From Candidatus Aquitaenariimonas noxiae (GTDB lineage: Bacteria; Omnitrophota; Gorgyraeia; Aquitaenariimonadales; Aquitaenariimonadaceae): a stretch of DNA of 62,490 bases. The DNA is taken from positions 1-62,490 of the forward strand of contig PEWV01000013.1 of NCBI GenBank assembly GCA_002780005.1. Direction: 5' to 3'. The notes beneath the pieces are model-generated. The model had not been told where the DNA came from. It worked only from the letters and a program-made list of their open reading frames with translations, and searched no databases. This document shows positions 1 through 10,358 of the stretch, in pieces (the stretch's first letter is position 1; each line of letters opens with the position of its first letter). The position numbers and the translations under genes were made by a program.

Positions 1-26
1 ATCGTCAGCATATAGATTATAAATCC

Positions 27-1184
27 ATGAAATCCGCGAGGGTTATAAAAGAGAAAAGCATACCGTTTATTAAGCCTTTTTATCCTAAGCCCCAAGCTTT
101 ATGTAAAAATTTTAGAGCATATTTTAAAGAAGGTACTTATAATGAACAGACTAATGCAATCTTGGAATTTGAAGAAAGACTTTCTAAATTTTTAGGAGTA
201 AAATATTGTGTAAGTGTCTGCAATGGAACGCTGGGCTTAATAATTGCACTTCGCGTTTTGGATTTAAAAGGAAATGTTATCCTACCTAGTTTTTCTTTTT
301 CTGCCACAGCCCATGCCCTAACATGGAACGGTATACGTCCAAATTTTGTAGATATCGATCCTAAAACTTTTAATTTAGAGCCTAAAAAAGTTAAAAAGGC
401 CGTTAATTCCAGAACTACTGCAATTTTAGCTGCACATATGTTTGGTAATCCCTGTCAGATAGAACAATTGCAAGATATCGCTAAACAGTATAATCTCAAA
501 TTAATTTTTGATTCTGCCCATGCCCTAGGATCGACGTATAAAAATAAACTCATAGGAAGATTTGGAGATTTAGAAGTTTTTAGCTTTCATGCTACAAAAC
601 TACTCCCCGTAGGGGAGGGGGGCGCCGTAGTAACTAATAGTAAAAAGCTTTACGAGAAATTAAAATACGTCAGAACCCAAGGCAACAGGGGTGACGGGAA
701 CTGTATTATTGTAGGGCTTAATGCTAAGATTAGTCCTTATGGCGCAATGATAGGGTTGGAGGGGCTTAAGAATTTTAAAGTAAAGCTTTCTGGCCGCATC
801 AAATTAGCGCAATACTATTTTGATTTGCTCAAAAAAATCCCAGGAATACATTTCCAAGAGATTACAGAATGTGCCGAGTCCAACTTTCAGTATATACCTA
901 TTGTAATCAATAAAAAACAGTTCGGATGTTCTCGCGACAGGCTTTTTGATATTTTGAAGCGAAAACACATTTATACCAGAAAATATTTTCATCCGCCTAT
1001 TCATAAATTTAGGTGCTATAAGCATATCTTTAATAAAGAAAACCTTAAAAACACCGAAGATATCTCCAATAACATTCTTTGCCTTCCATTTTATGATAAT
1101 ATTAAAAAATCCACCATAGAGACCGTCTGCAGCAATATTAAAAAGCTTGCAAACAGATTTACTTTGTCCGATGAGCATATATAA
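27..1184 (+). CDS. DegT/DnrJ/EryC1/StrS family PLP-dependent sugar aminotransferase
   Basis: Motifs CNGTLGL, IFDSAHALG and FSFHATKLL..GEGGAV (PLP lysine). Confidence 0.95.
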   Translation: MKSARVIKEKSIPFIKPFYPKPQALCKNFRAYFKEGTYNEQTNAILEFEERLSKFLGVKYCVSVCNGTLGLIIALRVLDLKGNVILPSFSFSATAHALTWNGIRPNFVDIDPKTFNLEPKKVKKAVNSRTTAILAAHMFGNPCQIEQLQDIAKQYNLKLIFDSAHALGSTYKNKLIGRFGDLEVFSFHATKLLPVGEGGAVVTNSKKLYEKLKYVRTQGNRGDGNCIIVGLNAKISPYGAMIGLEGLKNFKVKLSGRIKLAQYYFDLLKKIPGIHFQEITECAESNFQYIPIVINKKQFGCSRDRLFDILKRKHIYTRKYFHPPIHKFRCYKHIFNKENLKNTEDISNNILCLPFYDNIKKSTIETVCSNIKKLANRFTLSDEHI

Positions 1185-2265
1185 ATTTCCTAAACTCATA
1201 TACGGACTTCTCGCTGGTAGAGGTCCTTATACGGGGCCTTATTCAATTCAGTTAGATCTTACTAACGCCTGCAATGCCCAATGTATATATTGCATGAATT
1301 ATTCACCGTTGGGTTTAGAAAAAGAATATGATAAAGATTGGCAAAAAATAAGGCTGTCTTTAGAAGACATAAAAAAGCTCATTCCAGAATTTCAAAAATT
1401 GGATGTAAGAATAGTTACTCTGTGCGGCAATGGAGAGCCTTTTATGCATCCCGACATATTGGAGATTGTACGGTTAATAAAAAGTTCTAATATAAGCTGC
1501 ATAGTGAGAACGAATGGGATTTTGATAAATAGAAAAATAATAAAGGAACTTTTTAATGTTGGATTAGATACTATCGATTTAAGTCTATGGGCAGGAACGG
1601 CAAAAGAATACCAACAAATGCATCCCCAGGAAAACCAAGATACTTTCCATAGAATAAGAGATTGGTTATATTATCTAAATGAATTAAAAAAGAATCTTAA
1701 AAGAAAGAAACCGGAAATTAGGGTTGTTAATGTGATTGGCGCCTATAATTATAGCAGTATAGGCGAAATGCTTTCTTTCGCTTATGATATGAATATAAAC
1801 TATGTAGTTTTTAAATATGTTGTTACCGGTAGTTTTAAAAACGAGGTAGCTAAAGGATTAGAACTTACCGAATCTCAGAAAAAAGAATTGCTTAGAATGT
1901 GGGACCTTTCATGTTATAAAAATAGAGTTAGGACTAATTTTTACTATTTCAGAAAAGAATTAAAAAAATCTTTCATACCCAAGAGATGTTACTTTGGTTG
2001 GTTATATACTCGACTAAAAGTTACCGGAGAGGTGAACCCATGCTGTGGATGCTTAGACCTTGAAATGGGTAATTTTAAGGAAACGCCGCTTTCTTTAATT
2101 TGGGGACAAAGTCGATATCAAGAATTCAGAAGGGAAACGATAGCCTCTTTGGATGGTGAATACTTTCGTCACTGTTTATGTACAAAAATCTGCCCACATT
2201 GGTATAGCAACAGTTTTTTGGATAGATATTTTAAGATATTTGCACCCATCAGGAATTTGTTTTAA
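1171..2265 (+). CDS. Radical SAM protein with C-terminal SPASM/twitch-like Cys cluster
   Basis: CNAQCIYC (Cx3Cx2C), GNGEPFMHP, C-terminal CYFGW..G.VNPCC..C..C..C; ATG at 1171 overlaps the aminotransferase end (track start is 1147). Confidence 0.92.
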   Translation: MSIYKFPKLIYGLLAGRGPYTGPYSIQLDLTNACNAQCIYCMNYSPLGLEKEYDKDWQKIRLSLEDIKKLIPEFQKLDVRIVTLCGNGEPFMHPDILEIVRLIKSSNISCIVRTNGILINRKIIKELFNVGLDTIDLSLWAGTAKEYQQMHPQENQDTFHRIRDWLYYLNELKKNLKRKKPEIRVVNVIGAYNYSSIGEMLSFAYDMNINYVVFKYVVTGSFKNEVAKGLELTESQKKELLRMWDLSCYKNRVRTNFYYFRKELKKSFIPKRCYFGWLYTRLKVTGEVNPCCGCLDLEMGNFKETPLSLIWGQSRYQEFRRETIASLDGEYFRHCLCTKICPHWYSNSFLDRYFKIFAPIRNLF

Positions 2266-2273
2266 AGAAACTA

Positions 2274-3530
2274 TCATTTGTTTAATAAATTATTAAAGAT
2301 TTGAGATAACTTTCCCGTCAATTCTTTCCTTTGAAATTGCTTGGTTGTTTCTAAATTGTTGCATGCAGTCATGTTGCCCGATTTCCATTTTTGGTAAATA
2401 CTTAGTAAAGCCATCTTAATTTCAACTATATCATCGGGCTGTACTACAATCCCCGCGCCACATTCTTTTGTTAACGAAGCAAGTTCGCTCTGAAGGGGTA
2501 CTAAGGCCAGAATAGTTTTTCCAGAAGCAATGTATTCATAGGCTTTAGATGATATAAACATTTCTTCATCCCGCAGAGAAGATGTTATAAGCAACAGTAC
2601 ATCTGATTTTATAATTTCTTCTATGCATTTTCTGTGAGGAATGAGTCCCATATGACAAACAATGCTCTCAAGTTCTAATTCTTTAATCAACCTATCGAAA
2701 GATCTCAATTCCACTTCACCTATAAATCTTACTAAGATATGTTTGCTTATCTCTGGATTTTCTTTTAACATTGCACTTAATCCTTTTAGAAAATACGAAG
2801 GCGTACGACTCATATAAAAACTGCCGGTATATGTTATAAGCATTTTTTTTGAATAGAATTTATCATTTTGCTTCCAGGCATTAATAAAATCCTCATCGTC
2901 ATAACCATTAGGTATAACCTCTATTTTATCTTTCAGAAAACCGTATAAATTTAAATATTTCTCCTTTGTCAACGAAGAAGTACAAATCATAAAATCAGCT
3001 TTTCTTAATATTTTTTCTTCTATAACTCCTGCCTTAACACGATACTTAGCGCAGTTCCGGATTTCATAAGGATTCAGGCTCCACGGATCGCGGAAGTCCA
3101 ACACAATAGGTAGTCCTGTTATATCCTTAATTTTACTTGCAACTATAAAATTTACATATGGTTTTCCCGTTGCATATATAATATCAATGCCCTCCTTGTC
3201 TATAATATCGCAACCATGACTTACGGCGAAAGGAGTCCAAAATAATTTATGGTATTCTGAAGTTTTAATTGTTTGCCTTATTTTAAAACTTATCCATGGA
3301 GGTATAAGGGCAGCAGGATCAAAATCTAAAAAACGATATATTTTTATTGATTTTGGAACATCATTAAAAAAATAAAAATCTTTGCTTTTAGAATAAATAG
3401 TTTTAGCTGTAAAAACTATAGGATTCCAATTAAATGAGGGTAGATATTTAACAAACTTTGCAACCCTAAGAATCCAAGAAGTATTGCGAAACGGTGGAAA
3501 ATAGTATGATATTACCAAGACTTTTTTCAT
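2274..3530 (-). CDS. Glycosyltransferase family 4 (GT-B)
   Basis: N-terminal VLVISYYFPP, DFRDPW, VIPNGYD and SKAYEYIASG motifs. Confidence 0.9.
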   Translation of the reverse strand: MKKVLVISYYFPPFRNTSWILRVAKFVKYLPSFNWNPIVFTAKTIYSKSKDFYFFNDVPKSIKIYRFLDFDPAALIPPWISFKIRQTIKTSEYHKLFWTPFAVSHGCDIIDKEGIDIIYATGKPYVNFIVASKIKDITGLPIVLDFRDPWSLNPYEIRNCAKYRVKAGVIEEKILRKADFMICTSSLTKEKYLNLYGFLKDKIEVIPNGYDDEDFINAWKQNDKFYSKKMLITYTGSFYMSRTPSYFLKGLSAMLKENPEISKHILVRFIGEVELRSFDRLIKELELESIVCHMGLIPHRKCIEEIIKSDVLLLITSSLRDEEMFISSKAYEYIASGKTILALVPLQSELASLTKECGAGIVVQPDDIVEIKMALLSIYQKWKSGNMTACNNLETTKQFQRKELTGKLSQIFNNLLNK

Positions 3531-3640
3531 CAGATATATTATACCAATATTATAGAAACTAAAAAAGCTTTTCGATAAAAAAATATCATATCAGCGGTCT
3601 TATTATTTATCAAGACCCTTTTCTTTTATGTGTCTCTATA

Positions 3641-4408
3641 TTAAACAGACTTACTTAAGACAACAATAATACCGTTGCCAAGAAAGCCGAAGAATAGGTT
3701 TAGAATTTTAACTAATAAGATATATACATAACACAGCGGACGATACCTGTTTATCAAATCGTGTATTGTTTTGTTCACATAAAGAAGAAGGAAAAAATGG
3801 TATTTTAGATAAACTAATTTTACGTTCGATGAATCTTTGATAAATTTAAAAAACCATTTTACATCTATCTCATTCGTATAGTAACCATCGTAATCCGGCT
3901 TGATTAATCCTAGGCGTCTGCCAATTTTTGAAATAAAGCATTTTCTTCTGTCAACAATGCACACGATTTTTCCAATTCTTAACGATTCTCTTAAACAAAG
4001 TTCCATGCTATCCATATGATGTGCAGAATTGATTAAAAATACTATATCAAAAATAGAATTTTTAAACGGCAAGGACATTCCGTCGCCCAATACGGGGGTG
4101 CACTGAATATTTATATCCCTAAAATAATATTTACAAATTCGCAACCTCTTGAGATTGATATCCAAATTTACTGCATAGAAATCCTTAGAGTTGTTTTTTA
4201 TATATAATATTTCGTTGCCTTCGCCACCCCCTACGAATACCACTTTCTTGCCATGTATGTTTCCCATTCTTTTTAGAACGGTTGCAAGAATTTGTGTGTG
4301 CATGGTATGGAATGAAAGACTATAGTATAAGCTTTTTTCCACAGTCTCTTTTAATTGACGGGGATAATTGTCTAAGTTTCTATTTTTGTTTCGTCTCTCA
4401 AAATGCAT
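3641..4408 (-). CDS. Class I SAM-dependent methyltransferase
   Basis: VFVGGGEG motif I, GDGMSLPFKNSIFD, HH motif. Confidence 0.85.
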   Translation of the reverse strand: MHFERRNKNRNLDNYPRQLKETVEKSLYYSLSFHTMHTQILATVLKRMGNIHGKKVVFVGGGEGNEILYIKNNSKDFYAVNLDINLKRLRICKYYFRDINIQCTPVLGDGMSLPFKNSIFDIVFLINSAHHMDSMELCLRESLRIGKIVCIVDRRKCFISKIGRRLGLIKPDYDGYYTNEIDVKWFFKFIKDSSNVKLVYLKYHFFLLLYVNKTIHDLINRYRPLCYVYILLVKILNLFFGFLGNGIIVVLSKSV

Positions 4409-4743
4409 AATCTTAACTTATTTTTCTTTTATCAAGCATCTCTAACCCTCCCGCATTGGCTTTCCGATATGCCCACGCGGCATAAAATCAAAGTATCATT
4501 TTTTAGTAAAGTCTAATGTGAAATATGAAACTTTCGGAGTTATTATAGCACATTTTCTGTAGCATACATAGCAATGATGCAAAGCAATCTTAACGGATTT
4601 CTCTATTCGCAAAAACACACAAAAATGGTTGTTTAAAAAAATAGGCTTGTGTATAATGATATCCAGCATCAAAGGAGCGCGAGAAGGTGAAAGCTATATA
4701 TTCACATTAATTTCCTAGGGTTTGAAAAAAAGGAGAATAATGT

Positions 4744-5706
4744 ATGAAGATAGTGGAAAGCTGCCCGGTTTGCGGAAATAGCAATATAAAATGCTTATAC
4801 AAAAAGACTTTTTTATACCCTGGTAATGGCATTCAGTCAAATCTGCTCGATATAAATTATGAACGGTTAAGGATATTATTTGATTATATGCTGAAAGGAA
4901 CCAAATCAGCTTGTTTTGCATTCATAATATGCAAAAATTGCGGGTTTGTCTTTCTTAATCCACGCTTTGAAGACAGGGAAATGGAGCTTAAATATGATGC
5001 CATCAGGCAGCTTGGGTTGGTGCAGGCAAGATTATCGTTACTATCTGTGCGAAGTTTAAAAAGGCGTTCAGAAATTATTTATAATACCATAACAAAATAC
5101 AAAAACAAGAAAGTCGCTGGATTTCGAATACTCGATTTTGGGGGCGGAGGCGGTTATAATCTGCGCTTATTTGCAAAAAATAACCTATGTTATATAGTGG
5201 ACTATGAGAAGCCCCATCTTCAGGGAGATGTTAAATATTTATGCCAGACGGCAGATGAAATTACACAAGAGATAAAATTTGATATAATTTTGTGTTGTCA
5301 CGTTCTCGAACATGTAGCTGATCCTGTAAAAATATTGCAGAAGTTAGCAAGCCACCTTGTTCCAAATGGAATTTTATATATTGAAATACCATTTGAATGC
5401 TTTCCTAGTAAGTTTAAAAATCTACAAAACCCGCTGACGCACATCAACTTTTTTTCGCCATCTTCACTGTTATATCTACTATCAAGCTGTGGTTTTGGCG
5501 TAAAAAAGAGGTGTGGTGTTTGGAAATGGTTAATTCAAAATCAGCACTTTTGGCTAAGCGTAATTAGCGAGAAAAATGGGCAGGGGCTTCCTAAATACGG
5601 CGCGGGCTACAGGGATACGGTTCGCTGTATGAGTAATCCCTTGTTATCTTTATGTGCTAGATTGGGCGATTTCAAAGGAGGGATTTACAGTAATCCAATT
5701 TACTAG
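4744..5706 (+). CDS. Class I SAM-dependent methyltransferase with N-terminal Zn-binding CxxC pairs
   Basis: CPVC...CKNC, ILDFGGGGG, HVLEHV, HINFFS. Confidence 0.9.
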   Translation: MKIVESCPVCGNSNIKCLYKKTFLYPGNGIQSNLLDINYERLRILFDYMLKGTKSACFAFIICKNCGFVFLNPRFEDREMELKYDAIRQLGLVQARLSLLSVRSLKRRSEIIYNTITKYKNKKVAGFRILDFGGGGGYNLRLFAKNNLCYIVDYEKPHLQGDVKYLCQTADEITQEIKFDIILCCHVLEHVADPVKILQKLASHLVPNGILYIEIPFECFPSKFKNLQNPLTHINFFSPSSLLYLLSSCGFGVKKRCGVWKWLIQNQHFWLSVISEKNGQGLPKYGAGYRDTVRCMSNPLLSLCARLGDFKGGIYSNPIY

Positions 5707-5786
5707 TCAAAACAAAATGGTTCAGTTTTTGTCCATTGTTAAAATCCAAGATAAAATGGAATACCATATATTACCAAAGAGAAATT

Positions 5787-5957
5787 TCATTTTGGAGTCT
5801 TAGACCAGCCTTGTGGGGCCACGCTGCTCATATTTTTTTCATTGGCACTGATTATGCGTACCGAGAAATCAGCCCTAGCTAGATATTTCAAGAATTTGGC
5901 TATTCTTATGCTGCCTACTCCATCACCGCAGTACGAAATTGTTAATATTTTCTTCAT
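5787..5957 (-). pseudogene. Truncated GT4 N-terminal fragment (56 aa)
   Basis: Hand translation MKKILTISYCGDGVGSIRIAKFLKYLARADFSVRIISA... resembles the N-terminus of the GT4 at 2274-3530 (MKKVLVISYY...LRVAKFVKYL); stops at TGA after 56 codons. Confidence 0.65.
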
Positions 5958-5989
5958 AGATCGTAATTATTTAAAAAAGTGGTGCGTCT

Positions 5990-8089
5990 CTATTGGACAT
6001 ATTTCAACGCTTTAAGTTGTTGCATTAGTGCCTGGCCCCGAGTTTCTTTAAAAACATTAAGTCTTACCTTTTCACAATGGTTTTTATAAAAATCAAGTTT
6101 TTCCTGCATAAATTTTAAGATCCCAGGTTCTGCAGAAACTAAATTATTCAATTCGTACGGGTCGCTTGTCAGATTGTACAGCTCTTCACGGCCACTATTT
6201 TTTATATCTCTGCACTCTGATTTTATGGTGTAAATATACTTCCATCCGTCATTTTTTATTATACCCTTAAGCACAAATCTACTCCTGTCAAAATCTTCAT
6301 CAATAAACCCGTATTCAAAGAGTTCGGTATCGATCTCGTTTTCCATCAATTGTAAAAAGCTTACCCCGTCTAAATATGATTTGCAGGGTACATTTAGAAA
6401 ATCTAATATTGTGGGCATGATATCAATGCTTCTTACCCATTGGCTGATAACCTTTCCTTTAGGATGGGCTTTGCCATATTTTATAATCAAAGGTATGCTT
6501 AGCACTTCTTGATATATAGTTTGTCCGTGTCTCCAATTGTTATGTTCTCCAAGAGACTGGCCATGGTCTGCAGTGATTATAATCAAGGTTTTATTATAGA
6601 TCCCCAACGTTTTAAGTTTTTTTAAAAGTTCGCCTATATAAGTATCTGCAAAATGTATCTCAGCGTCATATAATGCGACATAATCCTCCTCATCGCTGTT
6701 TGAATCATAGGAAAACAAATTTCTATAAGGCCGTGGAAGTGAAAACGGCCAGTGCGGTTCCATGCAGTGTATGAACATAAAAAAGTTCTGATCTTTATAT
6801 TTCTCAAGCCACCCTATTATCCTGTCATTGTCGGCTTTTGCGTTCTTTCTATCAAGCCAGGTGAAACTCTTGCCGGTCACCTTTTGCATAAAAGATAAAT
6901 TTTGCAAGATAACGTGATGTATCTTGTCTCTCATTCTATAATCATCAAAAAAGTCAAAACCCTGATCAAAATTAAATATTTTTTTAAGTACTGGCGTAGC
7001 TACATACCCGTATGTTACATATCCCTCTTTTTTTAGTATCTCAGGAAGCGTAATCACTTCATCGGGCAGAATACTATTGTCATAAACAGCCATATGTACG
7101 CCGGGATACAGTGAAGTCAACAACGAAGCGACCGAAGGTCTAGTCCAAGATGCCTGGGCGTAACAATTTTTAAATAAGATTCCCTCTTTTGCGATAGAAT
7201 CTATGTTGGGGCTTGTCTGCCTTTCATAACCGTAACACCCAAGATGGTCGGCCCTTAAACAATCTATTACGATCAACAGTATATTCACATCGTTTTTGAC
7301 GCTGGAAGATATTTTTCTATAACCAGTAGTCGATTTTTTAGCAGCCCAATCAAATCCAAAAATAGCAATACAGGTAATAAGTACCACGGAAAGCAAGGCA
7401 ATCAATTTTAAATGAAATTTTATGCGCCGTCGGGTATAAAACCAAAATAAGGCTATATATAAAACACTGTAAATTAAAATTATGGCTAAACCCAAGACGA
7501 TTAAAATAAAAATGAAATGCAAAGAATTTCCTTTACTTATGATGTTAGACGAAACATCAAGCGGCTCGTATAAATTAAAAAAGACTATGAAAACAATAAA
7601 CGAAAACAAACTTAATACAGTGCATTTCTTGGCCATTCCTGCTTTGCTCATAAAAAAGTATACGGAATAAAATGCTATAAAAACCAAAAGACATAGGAGG
7701 GGTATTAAAAGCTCGGATAAAAAGACAGGTGTGCTTAATATTTGGATACCTGTTAAAGAAATCCAGGATGTTATTAGCAGTATGCAACATAAAAAAAAGT
7801 ATTTTTGAAGGTTAGTTTTTGATCTTACGAAAACATCAAAAATTTTATTAATAGTAAACAAAAATATAGAAACGGAAACGGAAAATAGTAAGAAAAAAAG
7901 AAAAACAGGATGGTTAACAAGCGGGTACCTTTCTAGTATGACTATTAATATAGAATGTTGATAAGATGTTATCTTTTTAATGACAGAGAGAAAGAAATGT
8001 GTGAAATTTGAATTGTTGATTAAAGATATAACCGGAATAATACCTAAAGCGCTAAACGTATATTTTTTTGTAAACCTCATTTTTATCAC
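5990..8089 (-). CDS. Membrane-anchored sulfatase-like (alkaline phosphatase superfamily) hydrolase/transferase
   Basis: Multi-TM N-terminus, IDCLRADHLGCYGY, SWTRPSVASLLT (Thr at the nucleophile position), TADHG. Confidence 0.9.
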   Translation of the reverse strand: MIKMRFTKKYTFSALGIIPVISLINNSNFTHFFLSVIKKITSYQHSILIVILERYPLVNHPVFLFFLLFSVSVSIFLFTINKIFDVFVRSKTNLQKYFFLCCILLITSWISLTGIQILSTPVFLSELLIPLLCLLVFIAFYSVYFFMSKAGMAKKCTVLSLFSFIVFIVFFNLYEPLDVSSNIISKGNSLHFIFILIVLGLAIILIYSVLYIALFWFYTRRRIKFHLKLIALLSVVLITCIAIFGFDWAAKKSTTGYRKISSSVKNDVNILLIVIDCLRADHLGCYGYERQTSPNIDSIAKEGILFKNCYAQASWTRPSVASLLTSLYPGVHMAVYDNSILPDEVITLPEILKKEGYVTYGYVATPVLKKIFNFDQGFDFFDDYRMRDKIHHVILQNLSFMQKVTGKSFTWLDRKNAKADNDRIIGWLEKYKDQNFFMFIHCMEPHWPFSLPRPYRNLFSYDSNSDEEDYVALYDAEIHFADTYIGELLKKLKTLGIYNKTLIIITADHGQSLGEHNNWRHGQTIYQEVLSIPLIIKYGKAHPKGKVISQWVRSIDIMPTILDFLNVPCKSYLDGVSFLQLMENEIDTELFEYGFIDEDFDRSRFVLKGIIKNDGWKYIYTIKSECRDIKNSGREELYNLTSDPYELNNLVSAEPGILKFMQEKLDFYKNHCEKVRLNVFKETRGQALMQQLKALKYVQ

Positions 8090-8444
8090 GTCTTTTTTAT
8101 ATTATATACTTTTTTTCAGATTTAAAATAGTTAATTTATACAAATATTAAGGAGTACAATAGCCAGCAGAAAGGCATTGTTTAAAACGGGAAACTGTTAT
8201 ATAATATAAAAAAATGTTATAAAACTCTTAACCCAGAACAACATATTAGGGTGATGCTTATTGTTTCAAATAACCACAAAAGACAGATTAAATCCCCTTA
8301 AACATAAGAAGTAGTAACTTTTTAGTTTGATAAGTTTTATTAAGCGGGGTAACTTAACGATTCTATTAGCCTATTTTTTGTCAGATGTAACCCTGACAAC
8401 ATGTTTCCAGCACGGCAGTTACTATAAGAAGGCGGATTTTTTAA

Positions 8445-10343
8445 ATGAAGATTCTCGATTTATGGTGCAGTCTTAAGAAAATAAAAACAGAGAGATCGGA
8501 CGAGTGTTTTTGTGAGCCGGAAACGCCAAGATTTTTTATAGATTTTAAAAAACGAAATGAAGTCGTATCGGTTGTAAACAAGTGTTTTCCGAGTGTTTTA
8601 GGTGAAATCAGCGGTCATGCCGACAAGATTTGTGAGCACACTTTTAATTTACTCGGTTCTGGCGACGTCTATTTGGGCGAGACAATTAACTGGCATTGTG
8701 ATTTTAAAACAGGCTATTGCTGGGACCCCAAACAACAATATGGGCGTATAAAAATACCTTATGGAAAAGCAGACATAAAAGTACCCTGGGAACTTTCGCG
8801 ATTTCAACATCTGACTATTCTGGGGTATGCCTATTGGTTGAGCGGCGATGAAAAATATACAAAAGAGTTTATTGGTCAGATAAATAGCTGGATTGAAAAT
8901 AATCCCCCCCGACGTGGCGTGAATTGGACCTGCACAATGGATGTTGCTATACGAGCCTGCAACTGGATCGCGGGGTATCATTTTTTCAAAAATTCATTCG
9001 AAATTGCCCCTAAGTTTCTAGATAGATTTTTAGATTCTCTTTATAAACACGGAAAGCATATTATGGCGAACCTGGAAGGCAGCATGCGATTAACCACAAA
9101 TCATTATCTTTCCAATATTGTAGGTTTGATTTATCTAGGTATGATGTTTTCTAAACTTAAAGAAGCAAGAAAGTGGCGAGAATTTGGTTTTAAAGAGCTT
9201 ATAAAGGAAATGGAGAGACAAGTTTATTCAGATGGCTGCGATTTTGAAGCCTCTACTTGTTACCACCGTCTCGTTTTGGAGCTTTTCTTTTTTGCTACAC
9301 TGCTTATAGTAATAAATGATAAGGAGTTTAAAGGAGAAAATTATAGTGAAATTGCCGAAAAGACCTTCGGTCGCATATATACTGAAAAACTTTACAAAAT
9401 GTTCGAAGTAGTCTTACATCTCTTAAAACCTAACGGACAGATGCCTCAGATAGGGGATAATGATTCGGGTCAGCTTGTTAACCTATACTACAGGGAAGTT
9501 TTGGATATGCGATATTTGCTTGCCCTGGGAGCAGTTTTTTTTAAGGAGCCAAAATGGAAAATTAAGGAATTTTTTAAGTCCAATGAGGAAATCCTTGAGG
9601 TTTTAATCACCTATGGAAAAAATGGAATACAAGTATGGAATTCGTTGGAATGGAATTCCATTGAAAATATAGGATCAAAAGCGTTTATAAACGCCGGTTG
9701 GTATGTGATGAGAAATAATAAAGATTATTGCTTGATTTCTTGCGGACCCAATGGAGAAAATGGCCTAGGGGGCCATTGTCATAATGATAAACTTTCTTTT
9801 GAGTTAAACATGAATGGGCATGATATAATAGTTGACCCTGGTACTTATGTCTATACTGCTTTGCCGGAAGCAAGAAATAGATTTCGAAGTACAGCACGCC
9901 ACAATACAGTGCTTATAGATGGCAAAGAGCAGAATAAAATTAATAAGCATAATATATTTAAAATGGGCAACGGGTCCCATTCAAGGTGTTTAAAATTTGA
10001 AACCGGAAAAGATACGGATATTTTTGTCGGCGAGTATTATGGATATAAACATTTTTTGAGCCAAGTAATTCATCAAAGAGAAATAAAATTTCACAAAAAA
10101 GAGAAGAAATTAGAAATAATAGATAGATTTAAAGGAAAAGGAAAACACGATTTAGAATGGAATTTTGTTTTATCGCCCCATCTTAGTAAAGATATAGAAA
10201 TTCACTCTGAAGAATTGGCATTCTATAAAGAATTTGCCAGCTATTCTTCCGAATATGGTAAAATTGAAAAAACAAAAAAAATTACTTCGAGATTAAACGC
10301 AACAATTCCTCTGGAAGTAAAAATTTTTATAAAGAGTATGTAA
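8445..10343 (+). CDS. Heparinase II/III family protein
   Basis: DIKVPWELSRFQH, NHYLSN, EASTCYH, GHCHNDKLSF, DPGTY, HNTV motifs. Confidence 0.92.
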   Translation: MKILDLWCSLKKIKTERSDECFCEPETPRFFIDFKKRNEVVSVVNKCFPSVLGEISGHADKICEHTFNLLGSGDVYLGETINWHCDFKTGYCWDPKQQYGRIKIPYGKADIKVPWELSRFQHLTILGYAYWLSGDEKYTKEFIGQINSWIENNPPRRGVNWTCTMDVAIRACNWIAGYHFFKNSFEIAPKFLDRFLDSLYKHGKHIMANLEGSMRLTTNHYLSNIVGLIYLGMMFSKLKEARKWREFGFKELIKEMERQVYSDGCDFEASTCYHRLVLELFFFATLLIVINDKEFKGENYSEIAEKTFGRIYTEKLYKMFEVVLHLLKPNGQMPQIGDNDSGQLVNLYYREVLDMRYLLALGAVFFKEPKWKIKEFFKSNEEILEVLITYGKNGIQVWNSLEWNSIENIGSKAFINAGWYVMRNNKDYCLISCGPNGENGLGGHCHNDKLSFELNMNGHDIIVDPGTYVYTALPEARNRFRSTARHNTVLIDGKEQNKINKHNIFKMGNGSHSRCLKFETGKDTDIFVGEYYGYKHFLSQVIHQREIKFHKKEKKLEIIDRFKGKGKHDLEWNFVLSPHLSKDIEIHSEELAFYKEFASYSSEYGKIEKTKKITSRLNATIPLEVKIFIKSM

Positions 10344-10358
10344 AATTAACATCAAAAT

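Noticed and set aside
1171-2265. Anaerobic sulfatase-maturating enzyme for the nearby sulfatase-like protein
   Set aside because: The putative target has Thr rather than Cys/Ser in a CxPxR motif, so formylglycine formation is unlikely
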